Assembly (NCBI RefSeq): GCF_964355755.1
Contig: NC_092674.1
Span: 7,440,001 to 7,504,000, forward strand
From: Antedon mediterranea
Taxonomy: Eukaryota; Animalia; Echinodermata
Length of the DNA stretch: 64,000 nt
Direction: 5' to 3'
Shown here: piece after piece, positions 43,946-58,149 of the stretch
Position numbering within the stretch: position 1 is the first letter of the stretch
Layout: the number at the start of each line of letters is the position of its first letter
Program-made: the position numbers and the translations under genes
Notes under the pieces: generated by a model
Seen by the model: only the letters and a program-made list of their open reading frames with translations
Databases searched by the model: none
What the model was told of the DNA's origin: nothing

Positions 43946-46820
43946 TAATAATAATAATATTTATTCGGTCATCAATGTAAAAATAACCAGGAATGAGAAT
44001 AGGCTAAAGCCCAAACAGATTCTGCACTCACTCCATACAATACAATCAGTTAAAGATAAAACCATATACAAGAAAAATACAAATACATTATACATAACAT
44101 GAAATATAGTGTTTTGTTAGAGCAGCCTTAAATATTGAAATTGTTTGTGAATCTTTTATGTCATTTGGTATTTGCTCCCATAGTCTAGGAAAGGAAACAA
44201 ATACAGAATTATGAAAAGTATTGCCTTTCGAATTCCAACGTAAAAGCCTACCCGGACATCTTTCACTAGTTTTAATATACTCATTGGAAGAATGGGGACA
44301 GTAACCTTTCAACACCTTAAATCCTAATGAAAGTCTATGTAATTTAAACAAGTCATCAATAGATAATAATTCAAGCACTTTCAACCTATGAAAATAAGAT
44401 GTGTCCCAGGAACCTTCCTTTCTAAACATTATTATCCTTGTTGCTTTCCTTTGTATACTTTCTATTCTATTATTTGATTTCTCAAATGGTGCCCACATTG
44501 AACAACAGTAGGTAACCACTGGAAGTAATAGAGCTTTGTATAAGTTCAACATAGCTAACCAGGACATATTTTTACTACATTTTGAATGAAACCAAGCAAT
44601 CTGCTTGCTTTACAACATATATAATTAACTTGTGTATGACAAGACAACGAACTATTTACATAAACACCTAGAAATTTTAATTCTGTAACTTTAGGAATAT
44701 TGTCTGATTCTATGGTATAATCCCAGTTAACTATCTCTTTACATCTTGTAACATGCATTACGGCGCATTTGACAGGATTTAAGGGAAGTTTGTTTACATT
44801 TGCCCATTTAGCAATTAAATCTAAATCCTTTTGAAGCAATTTACAATCATTATTGTTATAAATAGGACGTGATAATGAATTTACCCACTCTGACTTTTCT
44901 CCTCTGTAAATAACCCTTTGGCGTCTATTTGAAAGAAAATCTGTAATCCATGCATTAGTGTTTCCACCAATGCCACAGTTATTAAGTTTCTTAATTAATC
45001 TTTTATGAGACACCTTATCAAATGCAGAAGAAAAATCAAAAAAAATAATATCAATATTTTTACAACCTTTAAGTTCTAAGCTCTGTGCCCATGAATGAAA
45101 AACCTTTGAAAGTAAAAGTTCAGTACTATACATTTGTCTAAACCCAAACTGATTTTCTGAAAGAATATTATTATATTCTAGATATTCCCTTAAGCGATAA
45201 CAAAGCAATTTCTCAATAATCTTACAAATTATGGGAGTTAAGGACACTGGACGATAGCTTTTCATTTCGTCTTTGGGTTTTCCATTTCTTTTGAAAATAG
45301 GTACAACATTTGCATCCTTCCATTGTTTTGGTAAAATACCTTTTTGTACAGTTAAATTAAAGAATGTACATAAAACATTAGCCAATTGTGCCTTACATGA
45401 CTTTAAGAATATTGGAAGCAAACAATCAGGTCCTGGTGATTTGGATACATTTAACTGTGAGAGGGCATAAAATACCTCAGGCATCACAAAGGGTTTACAT
45501 TCAAAGTTGGTAAGACAATCTATTGTATCCAAATCACAATGCTGATCATTATCTATGCAAAAGTTGTTTACAAATTGTGTATTGAAAAGATTAGCCAACA
45601 CCTTAGCATCAGATACCATTGTGTTATTTATCTTAAAGCTAATAACATCTGAGTCATTTTTTATAGACCTTATATACGCCCAGAATTGTTTTATATCAGT
45701 TGTAGCTTTGTTTGAAATATTTACAACATAATCCCGATGGCTACAATATATTGACTTTTTTAATTCCCTGCTACAAGATTTGAATTTATTTATGCTTTCT
45801 TCAGTTCCTACTTGTTTAGCAATTTTGTACAACTTTCTTTTCTTTGTGCAAAGCTTTTTGATTTCTGGAGTTATCCAGGGAAAAGATTTCGATTTTTTAC
45901 ATTTCCTAGTTGGTACAGATTTTGAAATTGCAAAATTGATATTACTAGAAATACTTTCCCATATATCACTAATATTATTATATTGAAAACAATTCTCCCA
46001 ATTAAAATTATCTAATATAGTCTGCATTTTTGAAAAATCAGCCTTTTTAAGAGCATATACAATTTTAGTTATGTCCTTAGCACGTTTATATGACACTTTA
46101 ACAGAGATCTCAACTGCTTCATGATCACATGATTCAAAATTATAAATTGTACGACATTTTTCAATCAGTAGTGGATTAGAAAACAAATACTAAATCTAAG
46201 AAATGTCCTTTACTATCACGTGTAATATACGATGGTTGTTTTAAGACTTGAACTAACCCAGTAGAGTTTGTTGCATCTAATAGACCATTCGCTAGGCTAG
46301 TTAAACCACTACTTTTGTCTACCTGTATATCATTCCATTCAATATGTATATTAAAATCACCAATAAGCGAAACCCATTTGTACTGAGTCATTTTTCTTTG
46401 AACTTTTTCTAAATTTGTGTATAAAGCATTTGTGTATTGAATATTGGAAGATGGTGGTCTGTAATATACACCTATAAGAATTTTTCCAATACCAGTGTAA
46501 CACTCTAACCACAATAACTCCAGTATATTATCATTTAGTTCATGACACTCAGATGGTTGTAATGATGTTTTTACAGCAATAAGTACTCCCCCACCATGTG
46601 AGTTTCTATCCTTTCTAAAAACTATATAATCGTTATTAAATAGTTGACTATCATAAATGGAATTGTCAAGCCATGTTTCTGTCATAGATATAATATCATA
46701 AAATGAAGAATTAAATCGAGAATTTATATCATGCAACTTATTTTTAACACTTCTTACATTGCAATAGAATATATTTAGCTTGTTTTTACTATCAGAACCT
46801 AATTTTGAATCTATCATAAA
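43946..46820 (-). mobile_element. CR1/L2-group LINE, 5'-truncated and defective
   Basis: APE endonuclease (YCNVRS, TETWL, GDFN, LDLVF, DH) and RT (KSPGPD, YRPVSLT, QFGFR, DFSSAFDKVSH); frameshifts at ~46180 and ~44560; (TTA)n tail; candidate TSD AGTTAA. Inserted in a MITE spanning ~43472-46866. Confidence 0.92.
44088..46815 (-). pseudogene. LINE ORF2 (EN-RT), frameshifted and lacking the QG/YADD core
   Basis: ORFs 46176-46916, 44555-46186 and 44088-44567. SEWVNS is joined directly to LSRPIYNNNDC, so GVPQGS...YADD is missing. Confidence 0.88.
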
Positions 46821-47969
46821 AGTTAAGACCATCAGTTGAGACTGTTTTATAGCAATCTGCCCCAGGATTGCCTGATAGGGAAACTGCAAGCCGGGAGACA
46901 TTACAGTATAATCCAAAAGTACAATATATATGCTGCTCTAATAATAAGCCAGCAGTACAGTGTCTGTGCAATAACTGTTGTAGTACTAAAATGCAATTCA
47001 TTTTTTTCTTACAAATGTCCCAACAGGTTCACAGTGTAGGAACTGTGATATTTAGCTCACTTGTATTCCAACTAATTTAGAATTACCATAACATTTATTC
47101 CAGTAATTTACTTAATGCAAGTCTGAGGGTTACAGATTGTACTTAATTATAATTATTATAATTAAATGTGTAGAACATTAGGTTAAGTAAACACATCACA
47201 ATTTTAAAACTTGCCACGCCCCCTCCACATCCACTAGAGTATTTTAAAATCTTGGATTTTTATGTACATAACATAATATTATTTTACAATATATTTTTAC
47301 AATGTTATGTCTTGTTGGACTGCAGACATACAGTGTTTAGATATTGCTATCGTTTTTGTTAATTTTATTTTTATACGGCACTGCATTGTAAATAATTGTT
47401 TTTATTAGATATATGGAAATACAATCTTTTTCTAGTAGTGAATTATAATTACTGACATGCTTATGGTCACTAAATTAAAAAAGCTTTTTGTTTGTCTTTT
47501 TCTTTCTGTATTTATTGGGATTCCAATATTTAGATACAATTGTGTTGTACATACCGTATTTAATGAAAAAAATATGTAACACAGAATATAAGGTGAAGGT
47601 ACTGTATGGAGAAATAAGTTATTTCTCAATAGTATGGTATTATATTATCATCCTCAAGCTTAACTATAATTTATATATTATTAGACAGACATCTTTTTTT
47701 AATGAAATATTGCTGAATTCTTGTATTTTTCTCTGTACGTATTTTTATGTTTATAAAAGTGGAATTATTTTACATTATGGTTTGTTGAAATGAATTGAAA
47801 GAAACATGCAAATATTGGAGAATGACTTTATGACTGAAGCCTAGCATAAAAGTCCATCTTTATTTATGTGTGTAACTGCACGACAGTTGACATATCCACA
47901 GAGAGAGGTATTTAAAACAAAATGTCAGAAAACTAGGGTTGTGTTCTCATGACTAAACTTACAGTGGGA

Positions 47970-48252
47970 ACTTTTAATTGGTTGGACAAAAGTTTATGCT
48001 CATATTACGTCATCTGTAAAAACGTGCGTAGAAGAATTTTTTTTACCATTTAGAGATGTTGGTGATACAGACGGTTCATCTCGTGGATGATATACATGTC
48101 CTATTTCTCCACCTTTTTTCACGCTCACAGAGCGGCTGGAGCACAGAGTCTAGTCGAGTAGAGAGCTGATGCATGCTGCACACGAACAACAATCCAGAGG
48201 GCCGGGAGAGAAGACAACGAAAAAGAGGAAAAAAAGTGTTGTAATTATCAAC
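47970..48252 (+). promoter_or_regulatory. Putative promoter/5' UTR of the downstream gene
   Basis: Reverse CCAAT (ATTGG, ~47977), CRE-like TTACGTCA (~48005) and a locally GC-richer stretch ahead of the ATG at 48253. Confidence 0.35.
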
Positions 48253-51200
48253 ATGAACAGCGAATCTTTAGTTAAACCATGTAGTTATGATCCGTCTTTC
48301 AAAGGTAAATAAATTAGTTTCTATCTTTTTAAAGTGTTTGTATATAGGCTAGGCCTATATAAATTAAATTATCAATAATAGTAGGCCTAGCCTATAGGGC
48401 TAGGCTAGGCTCTAGCTAGTAGGCTAGTCTAGGGCCTAGTCTGAGTAGCTAACCCTGGCTTAACCTAGGCTCGGGGAGGCCTATTAAAATAAGCCTAGCC
48501 TGGGCCTAGCCTATTCAGCAGCCCTAGCCTAATAGCCTAGGAGTATTATTGGAGCCTAGGCCTATAATAGAATACTTGTCAGACCTAGCCTATCCTCTAG
48601 GAACCTAGTCAGTCATGCTAGCAAACACAATTTTCGTTTTTCAATTTCTGCTTGTTGCTGATATTGTAATGTTAGGTTAGGCCTCCTCTAGCCTAGGTAG
48701 ACTAGGCCTAGAGCCTACATACACTAACATTTTCTTTTGCCATCTGATTCCAAAACAAAACAATATTGTACTTTAATTTAGAGTTTAAAATACTCCTGTC
48801 CAGTAACAATGAATAAAAGTACTGTAATTTCTTTCTTGCTTTAGTTGACATACGTTCTCATGAACCTTTGTGGTGCTGTGCAATGACCTCATCTGATGTT
48901 CTTGTAGACATGTCTGCCCTTTTATCACAGCTAGAGTCAATTCAATTTGTAGGAAAGAAAACGAACCCTCTTCATAGGTACAGTACTTCTCATTTTAAAT
49001 TTGCAATTGATTAAAGCATTTTTACTTTATTCAGATACGTTGAGAACCTTTGGTGGAAAAGTTTACGCATACAAGTTATTGTTAAATTGACTATTTTTAG
49101 TATTACATTCCCATAAAGTACACACGTTGAATTAGAGTATTGAAAAGGTACAAATTATAAAACAACTAATTTAATAACTATTTTGATTTTCCAACAACAA
49201 TGCTCAATCAATTGTACCATAATGGGCAGCCTTCTTTAGTATTTTAAGCTATGTCTACACTAATCAAACTTTATGTGACAAAATAAAATGTGATGTGCGT
49301 GCCCATATATGAACATAATGACATCATATCACTACCATATTTTGGTATATCACTACCATATTTAAAGCCCCAATCCCTACGTTTTTTAGATCTAATTTAA
49401 GATCACAAACTATATTTAATGTAAAAATAATACTATATGGTCCTATTGCGATAACTTTTTTCGTCTTTAAACGGTTAAAAATGTGAAAAATAAATCGATT
49501 CTAATAATTATAGCGGCCCGCTATAAATCCCAAAATGCATTGCGCGCGGATTGATATTTTTGTTTTTCACCTGTAATTCGCCCCCTTTTCGATCGATCGT
49601 GAAGCCAAAACAAATGGAAGAATCCTAACTTTTCAGCGAAAATACCGGGTTTTCCCCAATTTGTATCAACGGAGTCTTGCAAAAATAGAAAGACAATTAA
49701 TGCAGCAACTATACAACGTCAGGCTAGGTATATAGCTAACGTACGATGTTCGTACGTTATCGATGTTTAGCAGCTAGGCCTACAAAACTAAGCCTACCTA
49801 GGCTAGGCCTAAGACCGTCCACGAGAGGTCGATCGCCGCGAGCTACTTACAGTAGGTAGTGCATTGTTTCTCACTTTTTATCATAATTTACCATAAAACG
49901 TACGTTTAAGACAAGGAATGACATGGTTTAATGTTTTTAAAGTGATATATATATGTACTATTTTCCAAAAAACGTCCAAAATTGCAGGGAAGGGGTCTAG
50001 AAGGGGTGTAGACAGCTTTACACATGTTGAGGTACATGCTTTTCACATTTTAATCCTTTTTAATAATAAATGATATCTGTATCTGTAGGTAAGCCAACAA
50101 ACCGGAGGAAAAAGAAAACGCCATTACAGCAATACATTCCAAAATCATGGTGAGTGCATTCAATCTAACTGAACAACTGGGAGCTTTTGATTTGCGACGA
50201 CATATGACTATAAATTAATACATTAATTTCGTTTTTTGTCTGAAAATACAAGTTTACAAGCTCAAGTGGTATACGTATGAAACGCCATATATGCCAAAAT
50301 ATTTCTCTTTTTACTAATATGTCTAAACTCCGTCTGGAACACAGACTACCCAAAAAGGTTTAATTACGCATATCTGTAATAATCTGTGTATAGAAAATGA
50401 CTATATTTGACCAAATCAAACCAAACTCTACATGCAAAATTAGTATCTCCAGAGACTAGAGAAAATGAAATTGAGGATTTGTTTTAAGGTGCTTTATTGA
50501 AATTTGAGAAATTATGATTGTTATACTTTGAAGGTATGGTGCTCATTGAAAGAATGACCAACTTATTACAGAAGACTATGTCACCAGTTCCAACATTATT
50601 AGTAAGTTTTACAGTAGATATTTAATTATATTACATAGCCTATGTAAATACGCGAACGTGATTGGTTGAAACTGCATCACATGACTACCGCTGCGAGGAT
50701 CGTAAATCGTATATATCCTCGAGAACGATGATATTGACTGTAATTTTCGCGTAATAATCGTGTCCTCTGTCATTAATCATATAAATTCTCGAGTACGATG
50801 ATATTGACACTGTAATTTTCGTGTGCAACACTCGAGTTTGCCGATAAATAAACAAAAGTCATCTACTCGATCTTGAACTCGGGTGGAATTGTCACTCCAT
50901 CGCAAGACAACGTTTCATCCGCTGGGCCACGGAATTTGCTTGAAGAAATTAATCTTCTAAACTATTTAAGCTATGCATACATAGCGCCCTCATTTGTTAT
51001 AAGTCCACCCTAAATGTGATGAAACACCGTTTATGATTGGTCAATACTCACGGTAGTAACCTAGTAACTAGTACGCGCTGAACATCCGGTGATTCGGCTC
51101 CTCGAAGATCGAGAAGAAGACGAATTGTTTATTCGGCCTACCTGATTATAATATTATTATTAATAGGCTTATTGATGGAAATTCTTTTGTTAATTTAAAC

Positions 51201-53520
51201 GACCTAGGCCTAAGTGAATATTTTATTGCCAAGGAATCATTAATTAGTAATTATCTGTATATTATTCTTCGCAAGGTAAGGTGTCTAGGCAGGCTTGTTT
51301 TAAATACAATACAAATACTATAAGGAGGCCTAGCTAGCCTAGCTTCACCCAACCCAGCAGACTTGTTCTTGGCTATATAATATAACAGATATTGCCTTTT
51401 ATATCGGTTAAATATAAGATTTGACATCCCCTCGGGAATGATATTAAGTTCTCGAGGAATATATATTTCTCTCAGCTGGCGCTTCGGGAAATATATATTC
51501 CCTCGAACTTAATATCATTCCCTCGGGGATGTCAAATCTTATATTTAACCTCTAAGCAGTCAATATCTGTATAATACAGAAGTTGAAAGTGAAAAAGAAA
51601 CCCACTGACTGAAGTTTAACTGAATTAACTAAGACTGAGTAATCCGCACTGATAACTGAGTTGATCCACCTTGACAACTGAGTTGATCCACCTTGACTAA
51701 ATTGATCCACCAGGTGGCTGAGTTGATCCACCAGGTAGCTGAGTTGGTCCACCCTGTGTTGATCTGCCCTGACCTGAGTTTAATCTACCTTGACTAAGAT
51801 TATCAACCCTGACGATGGAGTTTATCCACCCTGACTGAGTTAATCTACCCTGACAGAGTTAATCTACCCTGACAGAGTTAATCTACCCTGGCAGAGTTAA
51901 ACTACACTTAAAGAGTTAATCTACCCTGACAGAGTTAATCTACCGTGACAGAGTTGATCCACCCTGACTAATTTAATCTACCCTCACAGAGTTAATCTAC
52001 CCTGACAGAGTTAATCTACCTTGACAGAGTTAATCCAACCTGACAGAGTTGATCCACCCTGACTGAGTTAATCTACCCTGACAGAGTTGATCAACCCTGA
52101 CTGAGTTGTTATGAAAATTCTTCTTTTTTCATTTCAGGAATACCTTGAAAGTAACAGTTGTGCAATTCTATTCCCGAAGGCAGTGTTATACGTCAAGAAT
52201 CCAACTGCTAAGCATACTCCCATTAAAAGGGTGCCTATGGACGGTTAGTATAATTGTTAGTAGTATTTTAGCTTTGTAGTTGAATACTTTCTAAGATTGT
52301 GAGTTTATATTGCTAAAATATTTTTACTTAATTCGAGTGATAGTTTTCTAGATTTGCAGACTTTATTTTATGTAGAGCATCTTGTGTATTGTCACTTTAG
52401 GGATAGTGAATTAATTTACTTATGGTTATCCTTGGCAATTCAAGATTCAAGAAATCTTATTAGTCCACTTGAAATGGAATATCAATTTGCCTTTTCATAA
52501 TTAAGACAACAACAGAACAAAGAAAAGTACATCAAATTGCAAAATTTATAAACATAGAAAAAATGTGTAATTAAGTGATATCAATTAATTTAATTTCACT
52601 CTTCCCCGGTGATATGAATGTAATTTTAATATATTTGCTCAGAATCAGCTTTTCATTGTTTTTTTTTTAAATAATGGAAAAATTATATTGTAGCATACGT
52701 ATTAATATTACGGTAACAATTTTAGTGTGAGAGATTATACATGACTCACAAACTCTCAAATACCGAGATGGATGCAATTTAGTTATTCCCAAATGATTTG
52801 TGTTGCAGGTCATTTTAGCCAAGCTACAGCATTGAACCGACTGATATCATTATGTCACCAACTGCAGCATGATGTTACAACAATGACCAACCACAAGTAC
52901 ATAGCGCATCAAATTGCTCTGCTATATGTAAGTAATCCTCATCAAACAGTCATTGACACGTATGATAAAACAGTACTCACTTGTGAAATGGATTTTGTGT
53001 TTTCACAAAGTAACACTAATGTTTAGCTTTAATATTAATTAAATTGATAACAATATTACAATTAACTGACATTTTTTAATAGCTAAATTTTCTACTAGAT
53101 TTAAAGGAGTGAAAATAAAATATCAAATGGCATTTTTTAAAGCTAAAATTATTTGTTTTTTTTATTTTACTTCAATCATGTTCATGAAAGTCTGTATAAT
53201 TGAAAACTACAAGGTTGGTTTTTGTAATGTCACTTACACTAATGCTGTCACTAACAATATGTTTACAAACTTATTTTATTTTGAATTAAATTTAAAATAC
53301 CTTTTTCATTGTAATTTTTTCGACTGATTTTATATTGAAAATATCATTAAAATTTCTTTCATTTTGTCTTCTTCAGCAATCTATCAATCAGCTTGGCAAC
53401 CCAAAGGTGCTTTTGGATCACAGAACAAGCATTGAAACAACATTTAAGAAAATTAAAGCTGAACTGGGAAAAGAAGACGAAAAGCCACCTTGTCTTAACT
53501 CAGAGTTGATCTTCTGGTGA
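48253..53520 (+). CDS. Uncharacterized spliced protein-coding gene (at least 8 exons, ~240 aa)
   Basis: GT-AG, phase-consistent, stop-free exons: 48253-48304, 48845-48977, 49035-49074, 50089-50149, 50534-50601, 52138-52243, 52809-52927, 53377-53516 (or stop at 53520). Protein MNSESLVKPCSYDPSFKVDIRSHEPLWCC...CAILFPKAVLY...LNRLISLCHQLQHDV...NHKYIAHQIALLYQSINQLG... Confidence 0.8.
49366..49998. mobile_element. Kolobok-like MITE inside a Harbinger-like MITE
   Basis: TTAA|AGCCCCAATCCCTAC left end and degenerate GCAGGGAAGGGGTCT right end; interrupts the 49247-50018 MITE. Confidence 0.5.
50628..51575. mobile_element. Crypton-like non-autonomous element with terminal hairpin
   Basis: GTGATTGGTTGA near one end; ~195-bp hairpin (51381-51575, ACAGATATTG...CAATATCTGT) at the other. 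Confidence 0.55.
51650..52108. repeat. 19/21-bp minisatellite (intronic)
   Basis: CAGAGTTAATCTACCCTGA and CTGAGTTGATCCACC variants. Confidence 0.92.
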
Positions 53521-54276
53521 ATAAACCTTATTTATTGTCACTCGATCGTCTTAAGATCTGTCTACACTACTGTATTTTTATTTAAAAAAAATTTATTTTC
53601 AATCTTTCGACAAACGGAAACAAAATGTGATGCGCGTAGAAATGGACACGATGATGTCATATTATTACCATATTTGGGCATATCACTACCACAACAAAGT
53701 TCATGCTTATGACTTACCGAAACAAATTGGATTAATTATTATGACTTGTTCTAAATTATCTGTAACGAACATTTTAGCCTAGATTCACAGGTTTTAATTT
53801 TTTATTGTGGTAATTTCGAGGAATTACAATTTTTCATATACTAACATTTATTGAACCAAGAAAGTGTCTTGGACATTTTTTTATATTCTTTCCTCCTCAT
53901 AGTTTTCAGTTGATACAATAACTGGTGGCGCTATATCTATAATACAGCAATTCGATATTGATTGATTAATATTGTTGCCTGGGTTTTCTGGCGATGAGAT
54001 GACGCCCAAAGAATAAGACGTTCACCGTGATAAGAAACTGGTATGTAAGTCAAACAATATTTGTATTGCTATTGTAGGCAAAAACACTTTCAGCACCTCA
54101 TGGTTCTGACAAAGTAGTTTGTCTATATTGTATATATTATTATTTAAAAAAAATATTTCCACATACAAATTGAAAGGTGATGATAAAATGTGATCAGAAA
54201 AAATAGCCAAGAGCCTCTTAAGTGTTAGTTAGCTGAGATGGAATTTCCAAACTGGGCGGGGTGCTATTATCAGTAG

Positions 54277-55800
54277 TTATTAGGTTATATGCATTATCAT
54301 GCATATAACCTCTTGATTCTGTCAAAATCTTTATTTGTTTATTTATTCTTTCCTTAGCACTATTTTGTCCGTGAATTATCTTGATATCAGTTTCATGTAG
54401 CTAAGTAAATTTTTCAGAGTATATTCCTTATGGCCAGGAATCGATGTGGTTATGTTTTCACGGTGCGCAATCAAATATTACGTGGTCTACGCGCGATTTA
54501 ATGAAATCACGTTTGTAATCATATCTTCACAAGCATGAATCATTTTTAAACAAAATTTGGTACTCATAAATTTCAGGTCATATTTCATCATATGGCAATA
54601 CAATTACGTGCGTAGCGCATATAACGCATGCGTACGCGCGCTTAAAATGTTCAAAATTGTCAGAATTTATTTTCGATGAAATTAGAGTACGTTTCAGGCA
54701 ATTTTAAGCGTTTAAAAAATTAACATGAGTGCGCAGATTTTCAAACGTTAATGCGCACTTTTTTTGTCCGATTACTGTTGTATAACCTTTCTTTAATAAT
54801 ATCATCATATTTTATTCACTTTTCAACGCGAAACAGCGTTATACGAGCACGTCTAAAGTGACAGTCTACGCACGTGTAAGTTAACAAAATGGTGAAAATA
54901 TGCTAAATTTTAAAATTAATATATATCGTTAGAATGCTCGGGAACACATATTTTTTATTTCATTTTCTTGAAGTGTATGTATCATATGTATGATTTATTA
55001 TGAAATTAGGAGAAAAAAAGTTGATTAAGTCATCATTAATGGCATATTAAATTAAAAAAAATTAATTATGACAATCAATGAAATTATAACATTTTCTTAG
55101 GCCGAAATAACAAACTTAACATTAACTTTCTTCCTTAAGAAGTTCATATATTAAAGTTAAAAGTATATAGTTTGACAGTGCATCATTTTTAAAAAATTTT
55201 TAAAGATGTCATCATAGTAAAACATTATAATTCATTGCGGTATGTAATAATCTATCTGCACCAAAGTGGTTACTGCATAGTAAATACACGGAGGAATCTT
55301 TCCATAACTTTAGTCAGTTGTGTATGGCTCGATGGTCTGTGCTCGTGTCTATGGCATTCAAGGTACCAAGATCGAGTCTCACCTTGGGAAACGAAATAAG
55401 ATTTTTTTTTTATTATCTGTATTGTTTGTTCAAATTTATTTCTTATTGTATAGATTATACACATGATTTATAATGAAATCTAGATAAAAAGTAACTTACC
55501 CGCTGGAAAAAAGTTCGACAGTTTCGACACAAACGCGCTACCGCGTCGACGTCTCTTTGTAGATTAGGGAAATCACCAAATATATGTTGCCAGGAAGCTC
55601 CGATACAGGCACACTTCACACCCGATAAGAGCTGATAAGTTGTTTATCTCCCTTCGAATTGTTGGGTGTGTTATGTTTTGATTGACAGATTTTCATTTAC
55701 AAGACTTAAACATAGTTATTTTCCATCAATTGTGCCCCCTATATTTGTTTAACAACGAAAATTATAGGCTACGCAAATATTATCAGGCTATCTTTTAAGC
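54277..55800. mobile_element. Helentron/HINE-like element start
   Basis: Hairpin AGGTTATATGCAT...ATGCATATAACCT followed by CTTGATTCTG and a (TTAT)-type microsatellite; right boundary uncertain. Confidence 0.4.
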
Positions 55801-56299
55801 CTCCTCAGGCCCACGAGGTTAGGCTTGGAAGAAAACTTAATCAAGGCTAGGCCTAGGTCTGTGTGTATTATAAACCTGGCCATGGCCTAAGAATAAGACT
55901 AGATTTTAGCTATTTAAATGTTTTTAGTTCAAAATAGTTAATTAAATAATGAAAAAAAGCAGTATTTTACTGGTATTGGTAAGCACTGTTAAGCAGATTC
56001 GTTAGCAAAACGATGACAGTTCGATGTCGCCACGGCCGATGTCGCCACGGCGGCGGTGGCCAGAGTGCAGTCAGTAGTGTAGTCTACGAATACGAACGTA
56101 TCGACGCGTGGTGGCTGTAACATAGGCGCGCCTACAGTACCTCGAAAATGAGTACAATTTTTAATGTAACCGCACACTGAAACAGCCTTAATAAAATTTT
56201 ATTTTGTGTATTCCATACTACACATTTCGATAACAAACACATACAAAATTAGCTCCTTCCATATTATTGTTATACCTCCCTGCCCTGGTTATTCCATTT

Positions 56300-57510
56300 A
56301 ATAAACGATAGCAATTCGATGTCGGAAATTGATCGACATTGTTGTTGAACTGTTAAGTTATTAATAGCAACTAATGATGAGTTAACCTACAATTTATTGT
56401 AATATTTTTTTTATATAGTTTACCCCATATCCATTTCTAGGATGGGTGATAAAACATGCTCTCATTGACGTGTATCTACCCTGACCAGAAGCGTCGTGTA
56501 GTACGATTTCGTTAGCTAGATTAGCCGATAGCAGTTCGATGTCGAAAAGTTATCGATAATGTGTTCTACAATGGAGTCAGTGATGACTTTATTGAAGAAC
56601 ACGGTCGCAATTTTAAGTTAACTGTTTAACTAAGTTTCATTTTGTTCCGATGTATTTCGAGGATAGTTGGGTATAATAAAAGCAAGCGATCTCATTAATT
56701 TTGACTTTTGTAGGCCTATTGTACCTGAGCTAAGGATTCAGATAGCAATTCGATATCGAAAAGTTATCGACATTGTGTTCTACCATGGAGTTATTATACT
56801 TATGGTAGTACAGGGTCACAGTTAACTGAAGATTATTCATCTTAATGATTTTTTGTTTCTTTTTTTTTCTGATTTAACGACGAGTTAACTGAAGGTTATT
56901 ATTCTTAATTATTCCTTTAATTTTTTTTATACGCGGCACGCATTTCGAAGATAGTTAAAAGTAAGCCAGACGATAGCAATTCGATGTCGAAATGTTATCG
57001 ACATTGTGTTCTACCATGGAGTTATTACTCCATGGTAGAACAGGATCACAGTTCTACGACGAGTTAACTAAAGATTAGTATTAATCTTAATAATTGTTTT
57101 ATTTATACACGACACACATTTCGGGATGGGTTTGGTAAAAGCAACTGATCTCATTTTTACTTTTATATTGTACCCTGAATGAGCGTCGTGAATTCTGTTA
57201 CGTAAGCCAGACGATAGCAATTCGATGTCGAAATGTTATCGACATTGTGTTCTATTACTCCATAGTAGAACAGGATCACAGTTCTACGACGAGTTAACTT
57301 AAGATTATTATTAATCCTAATACTTGTTTTATTTATACAGGACACACATTTCGGGATGGGTTTGGTAAAAGCAAGCGATTCATTTTTACTTTTATATTGT
57401 ACCCTGAATGAGCGTCATGGATCATTAGGTAAAGCCAGACGATAGCAATTCGATGTCGAAATGTTATCGACTATTTTGTACCATGGAGTGATTACTCCAT
57501 GGTAGGGTCA
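56300..57510. repeat. ~220-240-bp tandem repeat, ~6 copies
   Basis: GATAGCAATTCGATGTCGAAATGTTATCGAC recurs at ~56307, 56527, 56740, 56971, 57213 and 57440. Confidence 0.85.
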
Positions 57511-58149
57511 CATGTACGATATGATAATAACCTTAATTGTTTCATTTTTTTTTTTCAATTTTCTTTTTAACGTTGTTTTCAAATTATCATTTGAATTCAT
57601 TTTGAATTTTGTTTTATTTTTTACATTTTTTTGTCATGTTAAAAACATGTTTTAAATACATTTTAAACACAACCCCATGCAAACGTTAACCTTTACCGGG
57701 CTTGAAAAGAATTTATTTTGCTTTAAAAAAATTTCATTTTGAATTATTGACATTCGTGTTTATAAATCTAACATTTTAGTGAAATAAAACACTCATGATG
57801 CTTTATTATATTGATCAAGCAAGTTTGACCAATCGATTTATTCACATGACATGATACAAAAATTTAAAAAAAATTGGAGTAGTGAAAAGAAGTCACCATG
57901 AAGGGGTATCGTAACAGCCATGAGCTTAACGATGCGTGGCATTAGCAAAATGTTTATGTGATTAATTGTATTTTGCACATTTTGCTGATAGATGGGTCTA
58001 TTGTATAACTTCCTTTCTAAGGAAATTACTTGAACGTTGTTTCAAAATTGTTATTTTAATTCATTTTGAATGTTTCTTTATTTCTAACTTATCAAATACT
58101 TTTTGTCATGTTAAAACATGACCACTTAAAAAATACCATGTTGTCAATG

